NCBI GenBank assembly: GCA_040830765.1 | Contig: JBFOMH010000009.1 | Location: 64,001 to 128,000 of the forward strand | DNA from: Puniceicoccaceae bacterium | GTDB taxonomy: Bacteria > Verrucomicrobiota > Verrucomicrobiia > Opitutales > Oceanipulchritudinaceae | Direction of reading: 5' to 3' | DNA: 64,000 nucleotides | Notes under the pieces: generated by a model | The model's database searches: none | What the model saw: the letters and a program-made list of their open reading frames with translations, nothing else | Told to the model about the DNA's origin: nothing | Position numbers and translations under genes: made by a program | Shown: positions 63,449-64,000 of the stretch, piece by piece | Position numbering within the stretch: the first letter of the stretch is position 1 | How the letters are laid out: every line of letters starts with the position of its first letter

Positions 63449-64000
63449 ATGCGCTATCGTGAAATCAACTTTGATGGCCTTGTCGGGCCAACCCATAATT
63501 ATGCCGGGCTCTCCCTAGGGAATGTCGCCTCCCAGGAAAACAAGGACGCTGTTTCCAATCCACGGAAAGCCGCCTTGCAGGGTCTGGAAAAGGCCAAATC
63601 CCTTGCCGAACGGGGAATTCTCCAGGCAATCCTGCCCCCCCAGGAAAGGCCTTCCATCAACGCCCTGCTCGACTGGGGTATCAAGGGCATTTCCGATGAG
63701 GAAGTTCTGGAGCAAGCAGCCAGCCAGGCCCCGCAGCTCCTCGCCGCCGCTGCCTCCGCGTCCTCGATGTGGACCGCCAATGCCTGCACCATGACTCCTT
63801 CCATCGACACCAGGGACGAGCGGACCCATTTCACCCCGGCCAACCTGTCCTCCAAGCTGCACCGCAGCATCGAGGCGCCGTTCACCTTTCGGCTCCTGAA
63901 AGCAATTTTCTCAGACGAGGATCGCTTCGTTGTCCATCCTCCCCTTGGTGGAGGAGCCGCCATGGCGGATGAGGGAGCAGCCAACCATACCCGCTTTTGC
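63449..64000 (+). CDS. astB: N-succinylarginine dihydrolase, truncated at the window edge
   Basis: Hand translation [28 protein letters not shown]...[13 protein letters not shown]...PPQERP...[10 protein letters not shown]...HRSIE...DEGAANHTR; absent from the ORF track. Confidence 0.93.
   Translation, partial: MRYREINFDGLVGPTHNYAGLSLGNVASQENKDAVSNPRKAALQGLEKAKSLAERGILQAILPPQERPSINALLDWGIKGISDEEVLEQAASQAPQLLAAAASASSMWTANACTMTPSIDTRDERTHFTPANLSSKLHRSIEAPFTFRLLKAIFSDEDRFVVHPPLGGGAAMADEGAANHTRFC

Overview
Bacterial chromosomal window made mostly of housekeeping genes. Gene content (PEP-CTERM protein plus exosortase, DUF5069, TorF-type porin, nrdB-before-nrdA order, stand-alone rpsR) suggests Verrucomicrobiota, probably Opitutae; this is inference. 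Contents in order: TonB-dependent receptor plus a truncated secreted partner, SDR, purD-orf-thyA-folA, MBL hydrolase, folE2, msrB, a minus-strand run DinB-NRDE-DedA/ATP-grasp-polX-thuA, ribB fused to a degenerate RibA domain, metY behind an attenuator-like leader, PEP-CTERM protein, HAD-MFS, an nrdBA ribonucleotide reductase with two NrdR boxes, argCJBDFG, rplM-rpsI, porin, tal, Dabb, exosortase-glgM-glgE, rpsR-sua5, a PilMNOPQ-like secretin operon, a 32-aa bS22/mS38-like protein, a degenerate RluA, rpsT, a cNMP-CBS-DUF294/DEDDh pair, psd, an exonuclease, argS, M24 peptidase, DUF192, PLP aminotransferase, DUF5069, ABC exporter, OlsF-like acyltransferase, cimA and a truncated astB. I saw no tRNA, rRNA, CRISPR array or mobile element. 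Best leads: (1) the uncharacterised DinB-NRDE-DedA/ATP-grasp module; (2) a leader ORF plus terminator before metY with no Met/Cys control codons; (3) a shared PhoB-like motif at nearly identical distance upstream of the TBDR and the OlsF-like gene; (4) a tyrosyl-radical-less class Ic-type RNR beta subunit; (5) several pseudo-enzymes. All family calls come from motif recognition by eye, not database searches, and several start codons were moved from the ORF track to more plausible ATGs.
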